DNA from: Zootoca vivipara
Lineage: Eukaryota
Reading direction: 5' to 3'
Length of the DNA stretch: 64,000 nt
Assembly: GCF_963506605.1 (NCBI RefSeq)
Contig: NC_083288.1
Span: forward strand, 41,974,001-42,038,000
Shown here: piece after piece, positions 23,872 through 36,362 of the stretch
Layout: each line of letters starts with the position of its first letter
How positions within the stretch are numbered: position 1 is the stretch's first letter
Position numbers and translations under genes: made by a program
Notes under the pieces: generated by a model
Told to the model about the DNA's origin: nothing
Database searches by the model: none
Seen by the model: only the letters and a program-made list of their open reading frames with translations

Positions 23872-24795
23872 ATGGAAAATGGGAATCACACTGTTGTGAA
23901 AGAGTTTGTTATCCAGGGATTGTCACATCTCTGGGAGATGCAGCTATTCCTTTGTGTTCTTCTCCTGCTCTTCTACATCATCATCCTACCTGCAAACTTT
24001 GTCATCATTCTGACAATCTGTAAGGACCCCCACCTGGGATCCCCCATATTTTTCTTCTTAGCCAACCTGGCCTTCATGGATATCTGCTACAGCTGTGTCA
24101 CTCCACCAAAGCTCAAGGCTAACATATTCTCTGGCTGCAGGACTATATCATATCTGGGATGTATCACTCAGATTTTTTTCATTCATTTTCTTGGTGGAGC
24201 TGAGATGTTCCTTCTCATTGCCATGGCCATTGACCGGTATGTGGCCATCTGCCAGCCACTGCGCTATGGTACTATGGTGACCCAAGTAGTCTGCTGGGGT
24301 ATGCTGGTATGTTCATGGGTTGGAGGATTCCTGCACTCCATAATCCAGGTCATTCTCATCATCCCTCTGCCATTCTGTGGCCCCAATGAGCTCAACAACT
24401 TCTTCTGTGATGTGAGCCAGATCATTAAGCTGGCTTGCACCAGCACTTACATATTAGAATTTTTCATGTTTGTTAGCAGTGGCCTGGGAAGTGCTGGATG
24501 TTTCATCCTCCTCCTCATCTCTTATGGGGCACTGCTAGTAAAGGTGAGGACAGGCTCAAGCCATGGAAAGAACAAAGCCTCGTCTACGTGCATCACCCAC
24601 ATCATCATCGCCTGCATCATGTTTGGTCCAGCCATCTACATCTACTGCCGTCCCTTCCAGGACTATCCCTTTGACAAGGTGGTGGCCTTTTTCCACACCG
24701 TGGTCTTCCCTCTGATGAACCCCATGATCTACACACTGAGGAACAAGGAGATAAAAGTTGCTATGTGGAGACTCATGAAGAAATATAAAAATTAG
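23872..24795 (+). CDS. Olfactory receptor, family 4 (OR4N/OR4M-like), 307 aa
   Basis: NHT site, MAIDRYVAIC, KNKASSTCITH, DKVVAFFHTV, PLMNPMIYTLRNKE; acceptor TTTTGCAG ends 23855. Confidence 0.93.
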   Translation: MENGNHTVVKEFVIQGLSHLWEMQLFLCVLLLLFYIIILPANFVIILTICKDPHLGSPIFFFLANLAFMDICYSCVTPPKLKANIFSGCRTISYLGCITQIFFIHFLGGAEMFLLIAMAIDRYVAICQPLRYGTMVTQVVCWGMLVCSWVGGFLHSIIQVILIIPLPFCGPNELNNFFCDVSQIIKLACTSTYILEFFMFVSSGLGSAGCFILLLISYGALLVKVRTGSSHGKNKASSTCITHIIIACIMFGPAIYIYCRPFQDYPFDKVVAFFHTVVFPLMNPMIYTLRNKEIKVAMWRLMKKYKN

Positions 24796-26373
24796 TCCCT
24801 CTTCCCAGGATTCATGGGGCACAGGCTAGACAGCACCCTTTTCTTACACTCCAATGAATGTATATATCCAGGTGACCATGGATATTTTAGACCCCATCTT
24901 TTTTCCACAGAGGATACAAAACCTTTATAAAAAACAAAAACATAATAAAAGCAATAAAAGTATTGGTGTTTTGGTCATGTTCTAAAATATGCGTCTTCTT
25001 TGGGGAGTGCCAAGAAGGAGCAAATCCTTTTCCTGTGTACTGCCCCCAGAAAATCATCATGGCACCCCTCCTTACCATACAACCAGTCGATTCCCTTCTC
25101 TGGAGATCAAAGCTGTGTGTGCCTCACAGCCTGTCTTGCAAGAGAGAGGGTCTTAGCTCAGTGAAAGAGCACATAGACACTCCCAGGTTCAACCCCTAGT
25201 CTTGCCAGGAAGTGTATGGATGTCCTGGAGAGCAACAGTCAAACAGTGTAGACAATACTAAGTCAGAATGGCCTGTAGATCTGAGTCAGTACAAGGCAGA
25301 ATCCCATGCTTCTACGCAGTCACTAAACTAGTCCACTGCCATCAGGTACAATAGAGGAGGATACGCCCTCCCCCTTGGCCAAAGTCAACTGCTAGTCCAA
25401 TCAGTTTCATTCGGAGAGAAAGCAAGGCAGAGAGGGACACACAGGGAAACCAGAGAGTGACCTCTATAACCATAAGGTAAGGCTGAAGACCCTGGGATGG
25501 TTAAGTCCAGTCAAAGACCACTATGGGGTTGTGGCGCTCATCTTGCTTCAGGCTGAGGGAGCTGGCATTTGTTCACAGACAACCTTCCATGTCATGTGGC
25601 CAGCATGACTAAATCACTTCTGAAGCAATGGAACACCGTGACAGAAAGAAGAGTGCATGGAATTGCCGTTTAGCTTCCCACTGCAGCCGTACCTTTACTA
25701 TAACCATATTAGGGTTGTTGACTATCCCCATAGGCACCTGATCCCGAAGCAATGGGCTTTGAATTGAGGTTGTCCAGATATTTTGGACTGCAACAACCAT
25801 TACAACACAGCCACGCTTACCTGAACTGATTGGAGTGGTGAATTGAAAATATCTTGAGGACGCCAGGATAGGAAAGGCTGCCTTATAGTGTTTTGACAGT
25901 GGGTCTCTGACTTACATAGTTGTAAAAAAACAACAACACACATTCCAAAATGATATCAACATTCAGTGACTTCCTTCTAAAGGAAATCAAAGCTGAATAA
26001 GTGCTGCACTTCTCAAATTCTCACTACTCAGGGGCATGACGTGATTGTGACAAAATGAAATGAAATGGGACAAGATTTTTATATAAGCATAGTTGAACCA
26101 AGCAGAGACAAAAAAATTCTTACAGGGAGCTGAAGGCATCTGACAGAGGGGTAACTGCTTGTCATATTTTCATCTTTCTGGGGTGCACCCCTTTCCTGTC
26201 CCATTGAGCACATTGGAATCAATCAAGATTAACCGTTCAATCCTATCCATGTCTACCCAGAAGAAACAGGGTAGAACAGAGCCTTGAAATGGCCCTTGTC
26301 ACATCTCAGCTACTCCTATTCCTGGAAAGGAATAGCTTGGCCACGTTGGTGTAGGCTTTCGTATCTTCTAGAC

Positions 26374-26508
26374 CAGGCATCCCCAAACTCAGCCCTCCAG
26401 ATGTTTTGGAACTACAATTCCCATCATCCCTGACCACTGGTCCTGTTAGCTAGGGATGCTGGGAGTTGTAGTCCAAAACGTCTGGAGGCCCGAGTTTGGG
26501 GATGCCTG
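26374..26508. mobile_element. hAT-type MITE
   Basis: TIRs; TSD TTCTAGAC both sides. Confidence 0.9.
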
Positions 26509-27104
26509 TTCTAGACCATATCCTCCAATTGCCAAAAAGATGCAGGGACAACCATGAAAATATTTAAGCCATCACGGGACCAGGTTATTTTAAGCAGTAT
26601 CTTCACCAAATTAAGGCTTTTAGCATAGTGGCACCAGGATTTTGGGAAGACTTTATGACCCACCCTATTCCTCTGATAGTATGGTGAATGGTTTATAGCA
26701 AATAATTATCTTGATCGGTGCAATTTTTCTAGAAAAAGAGATGTTGGAACTCACCATGAACACCTCCCTTGTTCTCTTATAATGACAACGGTGCCCACCT
26801 GAGAATGGACGGAACTGAGTTCCAGCAAGTTCCAGCTGAAAAAAAGCCCTGATATGATTATCGTGCTATTATCACTCTACACTGAAGTCATTCATTTACT
26901 CAAACCATAGAGGAGATTTATGGGCTACTACTAAAATGAGGCTGCATTTTAAGATGTATTTTAAGCCGCGTTTTCATTGTTTGTTTGTTTGTTTGTTTGT
27001 TGTTTGTTTGTTTGTTGTTGTTTCCATTACGCTTTATTGTAATTCATATTTTGTGTTAGCTGCCCTGAGCCCGGCCTTGGCCAGGGAGGGCGGGGTATAA
27101 ATAA

Positions 27105-27151
<47 letters not shown>

Positions 27152-27429
27152 TTTATTTATTTATTAAATGTGTCATGTTTATTTATTTCAGTGGATCTAC
27201 TCTGAGTACAGTGGTACCTCTAGTTACAAACTCAATTCATTCTGGAGGTGCGTTCTTAACCTGAAACTGTTCTTAACTAGGGGCGCGGCTTTCGCTAATG
27301 GGGCCTCTTGCTGCTGGCACACGATTTCGGTTCTCATCCTGGGGCAAAGTTCTCAACTCGAGGTAACTCTTCGAGGTTAGCGGAGTTAGTAACCTGAAGC
27401 ATTTGTAACCTGAGGTGTTTGTAACTGCT

Positions 27430-27591
27430 AACTTTTTTAATGAGGTCCTCTGGGATCAGTGGAAGGTGTTTCTTCTGGGCTCAGTATATCCTTGGATGCA
27501 CTTCTTCCATTAGCAATATAACTATGGGGATGAGGAAGATTTCTTCTGCCAGAAGAGCTGTCTACAAATTGAAGGGCAACAAAGGGTAAGT
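27430..27591 (+). promoter_or_regulatory. OR4N-type promoter/first exon copy 2
   Basis: AACTTTTTTAATGAGGTCCTCTGGGA at 27430-27455; GG|GTAAGT at 27586. Confidence 0.65.
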
Positions 27592-28472
27592 GTCTCATCT
27601 TTGCTCTTTTTACATTGTCTTTTTTCATGGCTTTAGTTTTCCTCCTTTGCTCCTCTATTGATCATTTGGCTCAATTTGGATACCAGCTGCTGGAAGCAAT
27701 AGGAGGGAGAATGCTGTTGTCCTGCTTGCTGTCATTGAGAAGATGCTGGACTAGATGGGCCACTGGCCTGATCCCGCACACCCTTCCTATGTTCTTGCTA
27801 ATCACTACTAAGGAAACAAAGAGACTGTAGAAGGGGTCTGGTGGAAGATCAGGATGGGAGGCATGGTGGCTGCTTTTTTCTGACTGCCTCAAGCCTTTAT
27901 GGCAGATTTGGCTAAACTGCAACCCTACAGCTCTTGTTCAGCTCTCACCAGCTCCAGGTACCCTGGTCAGTGGTTAGAGATGGTGACATTTGTAATCCAG
28001 CAATATTTAGAGGACTAGTAGTTTCCTACTCTTGCTTTAAGGGGACAGTCATTACTTTCAATGGAAAAATTTGAAGGAATTTGTATTAAAATGCTGATTG
28101 ATTTTGTTTAGGACTCTTTTTCTAAACAAATATCAAACTGATGTTGAAATGTGGGAAACTCAATTTAAGATAGGAAAAATGAGAAACCAAGAAACTGAAA
28201 ATGACAAATCCTTCTGCCCCTCGTCCCTGAGCTCTGCATGTATGGCCAGCAGTACCTTTTACACAAAGGGAGGAAGCTGCCTCAGATGGCAAATGCTGGA
28301 GGGTGGGAAATATGGAGGACAGAAGTGGGTGTGCCATATGGTCTGCCCTTTGCCTCCTAAGCTAGTTGTAGTTGATGTGTAGTTGAGGATTCTCTGGTAT
28401 CAAAGTAAAGTTAAGATGCCAGTTTTGTCAGCAGCTGTGTTTGGTATTGTGCGGGGGGGGAACCATCTTACT

Positions 28473-28606
28473 CAGGCTTCCTCAACCTCGGCCCTCCAGA
28501 TGTTTTTGGCCAGAACCCCCATGATCCCTAGCTAGCAGGACCAGTGGTCAGGGATAATGGGAATTGTAGTCTGAAAACATCTGGAGGGCGAGGTTGAGGA
28601 AGCCTG
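28473..28606. mobile_element. hAT-type MITE (paralogue of 21127-21262)
   Basis: TIRs, degenerate TSD ATCTTACT / ATCGTATT. Confidence 0.88.
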
Positions 28607-29159
28607 ATCGTATTCATCTCTTCAGGCTGCAAAAGGTTTTCAGTCAGATCTGACCATTCTACCATGGTCTTGAGAATCTCTGTGGTTGGAGGAAGGAAGG
28701 CTTAGGGTCCACCAGCAGCAGCAATAGCAGCACTGGATCTCAGTTTTATTAGCCTTAGATTTGGGGAATGGGCCATAACTCAATGGTGATCTGTTTTGCA
28801 CTTCAGAAGGTCCAAGGCTCAATCCATTCGGATAAGTGCAGGTTTCAAAGGATGGTTGTGATGTGATTTGTTTATGGTTTCTGAAAGTGCAAATGTGATC
28901 AATTTGGCTTTAACTGCACACTGAACTGAATTGCTCCTCTTCACTATCAGTGACATCATGTTCAGATCACAGAGGACTCCATGTGACTCATCTGCTGGGT
29001 TTAGTTTTCTGAAAAATATGCAAATCAAAGAAAAGACAACCTTTGAAATTTTCCCCTGTTTGAATTTTACAGTGTAGGAATTATAGTCAGCTAAGTTCCT
29101 ACTCAGAGTTGACCCACTGAAATTAAAGAAGATTAATACAGGGCATACATGGTTTTCCC

Positions 29160-29537
29160 CGGGTGGCGGATGGCGCTGTCGTGTAAAGCACTGAACCTTG
29201 GGCTTGCCAATCGGAAGGTCGGCGGTTCAAATCCCCGCGACAGGATGAGCTCCCGTTGCTCGGCCCCAGCTCCTGCCCACCTAGCAGTTCGAAAGCACGT
29301 CAAAGTGCAAGTAGATAAATAGGTACCACTCTGGCAGGAAGGTAAACGGTGTTTCTGTGCACTGCTCTGGTTTTGCCAGAAGCAGCTTACTCATGATGGT
29401 TACATGACCCGGAAAAACTGTCTGCAGAAAAACGCTGGCTCCCTTGGCCAGAAAAGTGAGAGGAGTGCCACAACCAACCCCAGAGTCATTCACGACTGGA
29501 CTTAACTGTCAGGGGTTCTTTAACTTTACCTTTTTTT
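29160..29537 (+). mobile_element. Sauria SINE
   Basis: Paralogue of 22911-23272. Confidence 0.9.
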
Positions 29538-30119
29538 ACCCTGTGAGGGAGGTACTTCTGGATTCATTGATTAGAGGCCTTCCAACCTCTATTTAGAAAA
29601 ACCCCAAGGAAGAAGAGTCCACCACCTCTTGTGGGTGTCTGTTCCACTGCTAAACAGCTCTTAGTGAAAGAAAGTTTTTCTGAATGTCTCCCAGGTCCTA
29701 ATCCCACACTCTAACCACTACAAAACACTGGCTCTGGAATATCTATTGAATGCAGGTGAATTTTTAGGAACAAACATGGTCAAGTGTAAGACAAGAAATT
29801 AGGGCTGGAGATTCTATCCTGTGGACATATTCCTTGAAAATCTGTTGTTCTAGACATATTTTCACCCTCCAATCCAGCTGGACCACCTATCACTGAGACA
29901 TCTAACCCATACAGTGCTGTTAGTCTATCACCATTTTTCTGTGCAAAAGCCACAGAATCTGAATGTAAGCTTAACTTGTGAGCTACTTTGATCTACTTCT
30001 GGCCAGCCTACCAAATGGTTCCATTTATAACAAGGTGTATAAAAAGGAGCAGAGGTGTTGCCATCATTTATTGTTTAACATTTCAAATATAATTGTTTTG
30101 CAGGACTACATTTTCAAGG

Positions 30120-31043
30120 ATGGAAAATGGGAATCACACTGTAGTGAAAGAGTTTGTTATCCAGGGGTTGTCACAGCTCTGGCAGATGCAGCTATTCCTT
30201 TGTGTTCTTCTCCTGCTCTTCTACATCATCATCCTACCTGCAAACTTTGTCATCATTCTGACAATCTGTAAGGACCCCCATCTGGGATCCCCCATGTTTT
30301 TCTTCTTAGCCAACCTGGCCTTCTTGGACATCTGCTACAGCTGTGTCACTCCACCAAAGCTCATGGCTAACATATTCTCTGGCCGCAGAACTATATCATA
30401 TCTGGGATGTATCACTCAGATTTTTTTCATTCATTTTCTTGGTGCAGCTGAGATGTTCCTTCTCATTGCCATGGCCATTGACCGGTATGTGGCCATCTGC
30501 CAGCCACTGCGCTATGGTACTATGGTGACCCAAGTAGTCTGCTGGGGTATGCTGGTATGTTCATGGGTTGGAGGGTTCCTGCACTCCATAATCCAGGTCA
30601 TTCTCATCATCCCTCTCCCATTCTGTGGTCCCAATGAGCTCGACAACTTCTTCTGTGATATCACCCAGATCATTAAGCTGGCTTGCACCAGCACTTACAT
30701 ATTAGAATTTTTCATGTTTGTTAGCAGTGGCCTGGTAAGTACTGCATGTTTCATCCTCCTCCTCATCTCTTATGGGGCCCTGCTAATAAAGGTGAGAACA
30801 AGTTCAAGCCATGGAAAGAACAAAGCCTCGTCTACGTGCATCACCCACATCATAATCGCCTGCATCATGTTTGGTCCAGCCATCTACATCTACTGCCGTC
30901 CCTTCCAGGATTATCCCTTTGACAAGGTGGTGGCCTTTTTCCACACTGTGGTCTTCCCTCTGATGAACCCCATGATCTACACACTGAGGAACAAGGAGAT
31001 AAAAGTTGCTATGTGGAGACTGATGAAGAAATATAAAAAATAG
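30120..31043 (+). CDS. Olfactory receptor, family 4 (OR4N/OR4M-like), 307 aa
   Basis: Close paralogue of 23872 gene; PMFFFLANLA, MAIDRYVAIC, ELDNFFCD, PLMNPMIYTLRNKE. Confidence 0.96.
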   Translation: MENGNHTVVKEFVIQGLSQLWQMQLFLCVLLLLFYIIILPANFVIILTICKDPHLGSPMFFFLANLAFLDICYSCVTPPKLMANIFSGRRTISYLGCITQIFFIHFLGAAEMFLLIAMAIDRYVAICQPLRYGTMVTQVVCWGMLVCSWVGGFLHSIIQVILIIPLPFCGPNELDNFFCDITQIIKLACTSTYILEFFMFVSSGLVSTACFILLLISYGALLIKVRTSSSHGKNKASSTCITHIIIACIMFGPAIYIYCRPFQDYPFDKVVAFFHTVVFPLMNPMIYTLRNKEIKVAMWRLMKKYKK

Positions 31044-31579
31044 TGATTTCACAATCAGTCCCTCTTCCCAAGATTCATCGGGTATTGGGCTAGACAGTGT
31101 AAAAAAAGCAAGGGAAAGAATTGCAGGAGGTAAAAAATTATAGACCAATCTCATTATTAAATTGTGTTTATAAATTATTTTCAAATATCTTAGCAAATAG
31201 AATGAAAGGTATAATGTTAGAGATAATACCTCAAGATCGATCAGGATTAATTCCAGGGAGACAGCTGAAAAATAATATAAGAAATATAAGAGACATAATT
31301 GAATATTTAGAGGTAAGAAATGAAAAACAGGCAGCCATGATGCTTATTGATGCAGAAAAAGTGTTTGATAATGTTTCGTGGGCCTTCATGTTGAAAGTCT
31401 TGGAAGAGAATAATTTTGGAAAATCTTTTAAAAGGGGAATATTCAGAGCAGAACACAAGATCAATAATATTACTATGAAAGAATGTAAAATAATGAAGGG
31501 AACAAGACAAGGATATCTGCTGTCACCACTATTGTTTATTTTAGTATTAGACGTGCTGGTGAGGAATATAAGGGCAGAT

Positions 31580-33535
31580 ACGAGAGCTCCGTGGAGCGAT
31601 CGAGAGCCAGCGGAGTGGAGTCGCGGGAGCCATTTTTGGGTTTCATCTTACCTCCTTGAAGTGAAGCTCCGAGTCCTCAGCCTGCAAGTGGCGGATTCTT
31701 CCAAGAAAATAAAAGACTTGTACAAAGTAAGTCAAATCTCAATTCGGACCTTAAAAAATTTAAATTTGAAGATAGGAAGAGATTTTAAAGCAACGGAAGC
31801 CGATCTCTTCCAAATGGTAAATCGGGAGGCGTATTAAATATTCCTGAGCTGAAAAGGGAAAAAGTTCTTTTTTAGATTGTGGACCCGAGAGAAAGAAAGA
31901 CTTTTCCAAACCTTCCTAGCCCCCGGTGTCAATACCCCTTGAGGTTCAGCAGCAATAAGGGGAAGGACGTTTTGACAGCTGTCAAATGCTGTCAAACTGC
32001 TATAGGATTAAAAAAATTGATTTTATTGCTGTGGACTGTAAAAACTGATTGAAGAGGATTTAGAAGTAATTTAAGTGGAATTTAAATCTGAAATCTAATG
32101 AAGTCTAAGACAAAGGATAAGATCAGCCAAGATGGAGCCGACAACGTGGTAGAGAGGAATTTTCCAGCATTCTTTGGCCCTTATCTCTGGCCTGCCTGTG
32201 GTTAAGTTAACTATGAAAACAAGGTTTTCTCAAGCCTTCCAGGAGGCTGTGTTGAACTATCTACAAACATGGGAAGATATTTACAAGGAACGGCAATGCC
32301 TAAATCCAACAGAAATGGTGAATGAGGTGCAAGATCAAGATTTAGAGGACAATTTTGATGCTGAGACTGTGTGTGAGAAGCAACAATTTGAGGATAACTT
32401 TGAGACTGATTTGGACTCAAAAAAACATGTGTTGGATGATGAAAAACAAAAATTTGAACAAAGAGATGAGGCCGACAAGGAGAAGCAAAGTGAAGAGAAG
32501 ATTGATGAAAATGGAAATCCTGGAAAGACTGAAATGTGGAGTGGTGTTAGTGAAGGGAGGGATAGGCAGGAAGAGGGGCGTGCAAAGGTCTGGAAGTGGA
32601 TGTGGGAAAGGACTGGTGTGGGGTGAAAATTTTAGTTTAAGGTTTTTTTTTTCTGTGTTGATGAATAACGGTGTCTGAATCTTGGCCTGCTAAATGGTAT
32701 GCTGATCCAATGGGGGGAAGGGACATTGGGAGGGGGGGAAAAAGAGATTTTTTTAAAAAAAAAAAGTTTAGGGTTAATAGTTTTCTGGAGGGGTAAAAGA
32801 ATGGCCTGGGAAACATGTTAAAGTTTGTTTTTAATGTTCTTGGTGACTAGAGATGGGTCTGGGTAGAGAACTGCCTGTCTCCCTCTCTCTACTCTTGGCA
32901 TCCAGTGACAGGGGGTGTATGGAGGGGGGAGGGAGGGGTGGAAGGAAACCCAGACTCAAAAATGGAACCTTTTGACTGCTGAACCCCTCGGGTCACCCTA
33001 GTGGCAGGAGGGGACTCGGAGGGGGGCAGCATGAAGAAGGAGGAGGATTGAGTTAATATAATAAGAATTAGATTTTGAATTAGATTAGGAAACTCGCCAA
33101 AATTAATTGAAGAAGCTAGGAATTCCAGGAGGAAGAGANNNNNNNNNNNNNNNNNNNNNNNNNNNNNNNNNNNNNNNNNNNNNNNNNNNNNNNNNNNNNN
33201 NNNNNNNNNNNNNNNNNNNNNNNNNNNNNNNNNNNNNNNNNNNNNNNNNNNNNNNNNNNNNNNNNNNNNNNNNNNATTAGCTGGGGGATAAGCCAAACCC
33301 CAGAGCTCCTCCGCCTCTGTCCTCTCAGTGGCAGGGGGGGGGATGAGGGGGGAGGAAGGAGGGGGGAGGTTAAACCCAGCCTAAAAATGGACCCCTTTGT
33401 TTCTCAATGCCCATGGGTATCACTGGTGGCAGAAGTGGTCTTGTGGGTGGAGGGAAAATGAAGGGACAGAATTTATGGTATATGTTGTGTATGTGTTGTC
33501 TTTATAAAATCAATAAAATATTATATATATAAAAA
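31580..33535 (+). mobile_element. Unclassified non-autonomous retroposon inserted in L1
   Basis: 18-bp TSD AGGAATATAAGGGCAGAT (31562-79, 33536-53); CpG-rich 5' end; AATAAA plus A tail; no RT; spans the gap. Confidence 0.75.
33139..33275. other. Assembly gap (N run)
   Basis: 137 N. Confidence 1.
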
Positions 33536-34436
33536 AGGAATATAAGGGCAGATGAAACAATTAGAGGAATCAAAGTAGGCAATAAAACCTACAATTTGAA
33601 AGCATTTGCGGATGATTTGGTAATCATGGTGGAAGAACCAATGAATTCTTTAGTGAAAGTATTAGGAAAAATACATCACTTTGGCCAAGTGTCAGGTTTT
33701 AAACTGAATAAAAGTAAAACCAAACTAATAGAGCAAAATAAACAAGAGATACAAGAGAGGATAGGAATAAATATTCATTAAAAAGTGAAATATTTGGGGA
33801 TATGGCTAACAACAAAGAATAGTAATATATTTAAAGATAACTATGAAAAAACATGGAAAGAAATAAAAAGAAATTTGGAGATTTGGGGAAGAATGAATAT
33901 GTCACTGTTAGGAAGGATATCGGTAATTAAAATGAATGTGCTGCCAAAAATGCTATTTTTATTTCAATCAATTCTGGTGATTAGCAATGTTAATTGCTTC
34001 AAAGAATGGCAGAAAGACATTTCAAGATTCATCTGGAGAGGGAAGAAGCCAAGAATAAAGTATAAATGATTAGCAGACAATAAAGATAGAGGAGGCTTCT
34101 CTCTACCAGATTTTAAATTATATTATGAAGCTTCTTGCATTTGCTGGATCTGGGATTAGACAACATTTTTTTAAAAATATGGATCTATTGGATTTAGGAC
34201 ATGATAATAGATTTGGCTGTCATACGTATTTATGGTATCAAATGACAAAAATACATAAACATTTTCATAATCATATAATAAGAAAGGCGATTTTTAAAGT
34301 TTTTGGAGAAATATATGGATTTGTTAGAACAAAAAGCATCTTGGTGGCTTTCCCCATTGGAAGCAATATTGGTTAAAAAGTTAAATATGGAAACCAATTG
34401 GGTAACATATAGAGTTGTTTATTGAAATGGATAACC

Positions 34437-36362
34437 TCGGTCTTACCTAAAATTCGATTCTTGTTCCAAATGCTACCAATTATAGGGAAAAAAGAAATAT
34501 TTGAAATGTGGAAAAGAAATTTAAGCAAGAATACAATATAGATTGTTGACGGATATAAAAGAGAGAGGAGGATGGGGAGTTCCAGATCTCAAATCATATT
34601 ATGCCTCGGCATGTCTTTGTTGGATTAAAGATTGGATGGTGTTAGAAAATAAGAAACTATTGGATTTAGAAGGCTTCAGAAATATTGCAGGGTGGCACAC
34701 ATATCTCTTACAAGATCAGAAAAAAGAATACAAAGAATTTACAGGCCATGTAATTAAAAAACCTTTATTCAAAGTATGGGAGGACTATAAGAACCTATTA
34801 GAACCTAAAATACCATGGTGGGCCTCCCCGCTAGAAATGACTGCATTGAGAAGCCAACCAAAAGGAGGGAAATGGTTGACATATCAAGTGTTATTAATAA
34901 AAGAAGAAAATCAATTTATATTAAAACCATACCACCAAATTCAAAATCACTGTGCAAGCTGGTTCCAATATTATCAATTAAAGAGTGTGTTCAAAAAAAC
35001 ATAAAGAGATTGGGTTTATAGAAAATAAATCAAAATTGCAAGAATTATTAATAGATAATATAAATAAACCATTATCAAAGTTATATAAATATTTATTGCA
35101 ATGGGAGTTGAAAGACGAGGAGGTAAAGAGCACAATGATAAATTGGGCGCAAGATATAGGAAGACCGATATATAGAACACAATGGGATAAATTGTGGATA
35201 GAAAGCATGAGATTTACAGCCTGCATGGTGATTAAAGAAAATATGATGAAGCTTATCTATAAATGGCATCTAACACCAGAGATATTGACCAAAATCTATA
35301 AATCCAAATCTAATAATTGCTGGAAGTGCCGTGAAAAAGTGGGAAGCTATTACCACTGTTGGTGGCAATGTATAAAAATACATGAGTTCTGGAACAAAGT
35401 ATATGAAAAAAACAAAAAAGATGCTGAAAATCACATTTGGTAAAAGACCAGAAATATTTTTATTGAGTATATCCTGGAGAATATACCCAAAGATAGAGAA
35501 AATATATTCCTATATGTGATTGCGGTGGCCCGACTGCTTATTGTACAGAAATGGAAGGGGAAAGAAGTTCCAACAATACAAGATTGGCATGTTAAATTAG
35601 TCGAATTTATGAACCTAGCCAAAATGATGGCTACTATAAGAAATATAGTGAAGTGAAGCTGAGGCTCCAATACTTTGGCCACCTCATGAGAAGAGAAGAC
35701 TCCCTGGAAAAGACCCTGATGTTGGGAAAGATGGAGGGCACAAGGAGAAGGGGACGACAGAGGATGAGATGGTTGGACAGTGTTCTCGAAGCTACGGACA
35801 TGAGTTTGACCAAACTGCGGGAGGCAGTGCAAGACAGGAGTGCCTGGCGTGCTATGGTCCATGGGGTCACGAAGAGTCGGACACGACTAAACGACTAAAC
35901 AACAACAACTATAAGAAATGTTCCCAAACAAAAAAAAAAAATGAGTGGAAATATGTGGAGGATTACTTGAACAAAGAGGGTATTGAAACAAAATTGGTGA
36001 TCTGCCTAAATTAAGATACACATAAAGTGATGTATTTGAAAGGTTGTGTAAGCCAAAACCCCTTAGGGGGCGTTGTTGTATGAATAAATTAAGAAAAGTG
36101 AGCGAATGGAAATTGGTGAAGGAAGTGATACACAAACAATTGGAAGTAGCTTTTAAGTTTTAATCCCCCCTCCTTTTTCTTTCCTTTTTCCTTTGTTTCT
36201 TTGTTTATTGCTCTCCTTAATTCTTTTATAATTTGTATATTTTTATGTATATTATATTATTTTATATCTCCTTTTTTGCTTGTTTATGTTTGTAATTTCT
36301 TTTTCTGCCTGTTTTTGTTATATTTTAAGGAAGTTAAATAAAGATGGTTTTAATTTAAAAAA
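34437..36362 (+). mobile_element. Second L1-clade 3' fragment nested in the first
   Basis: 13-bp TSD GAAATGGATAACC; RGGWGVPDLKSYY and CWKC...HCWWQC motifs; A tail. Confidence 0.9.
35645..35907 (+). mobile_element. BovB LINE 3' fragment nested in the second L1
   Basis: KLRLQYFGHLMRREDSLEKTLMLGK; (CAA)n tail; TSD ACTATAAGAAAT. Confidence 0.95.

Larger units (their letters stand above)
25081..31097 (+). repeat. Segmental duplicate of ~14550-24830 with internal deletions
   Basis: 25081-27425 aligns with ~14550-18055; 27426-31097 aligns with ~20462-24830. Confidence 0.9.

Noticed and set aside
31121-31837. 238-aa RT ORF as an active retroelement or novel RT system
   Set aside because: Decayed L1 fragment reading into a nested insertion; the rest of ORF2 has stops and frameshifts
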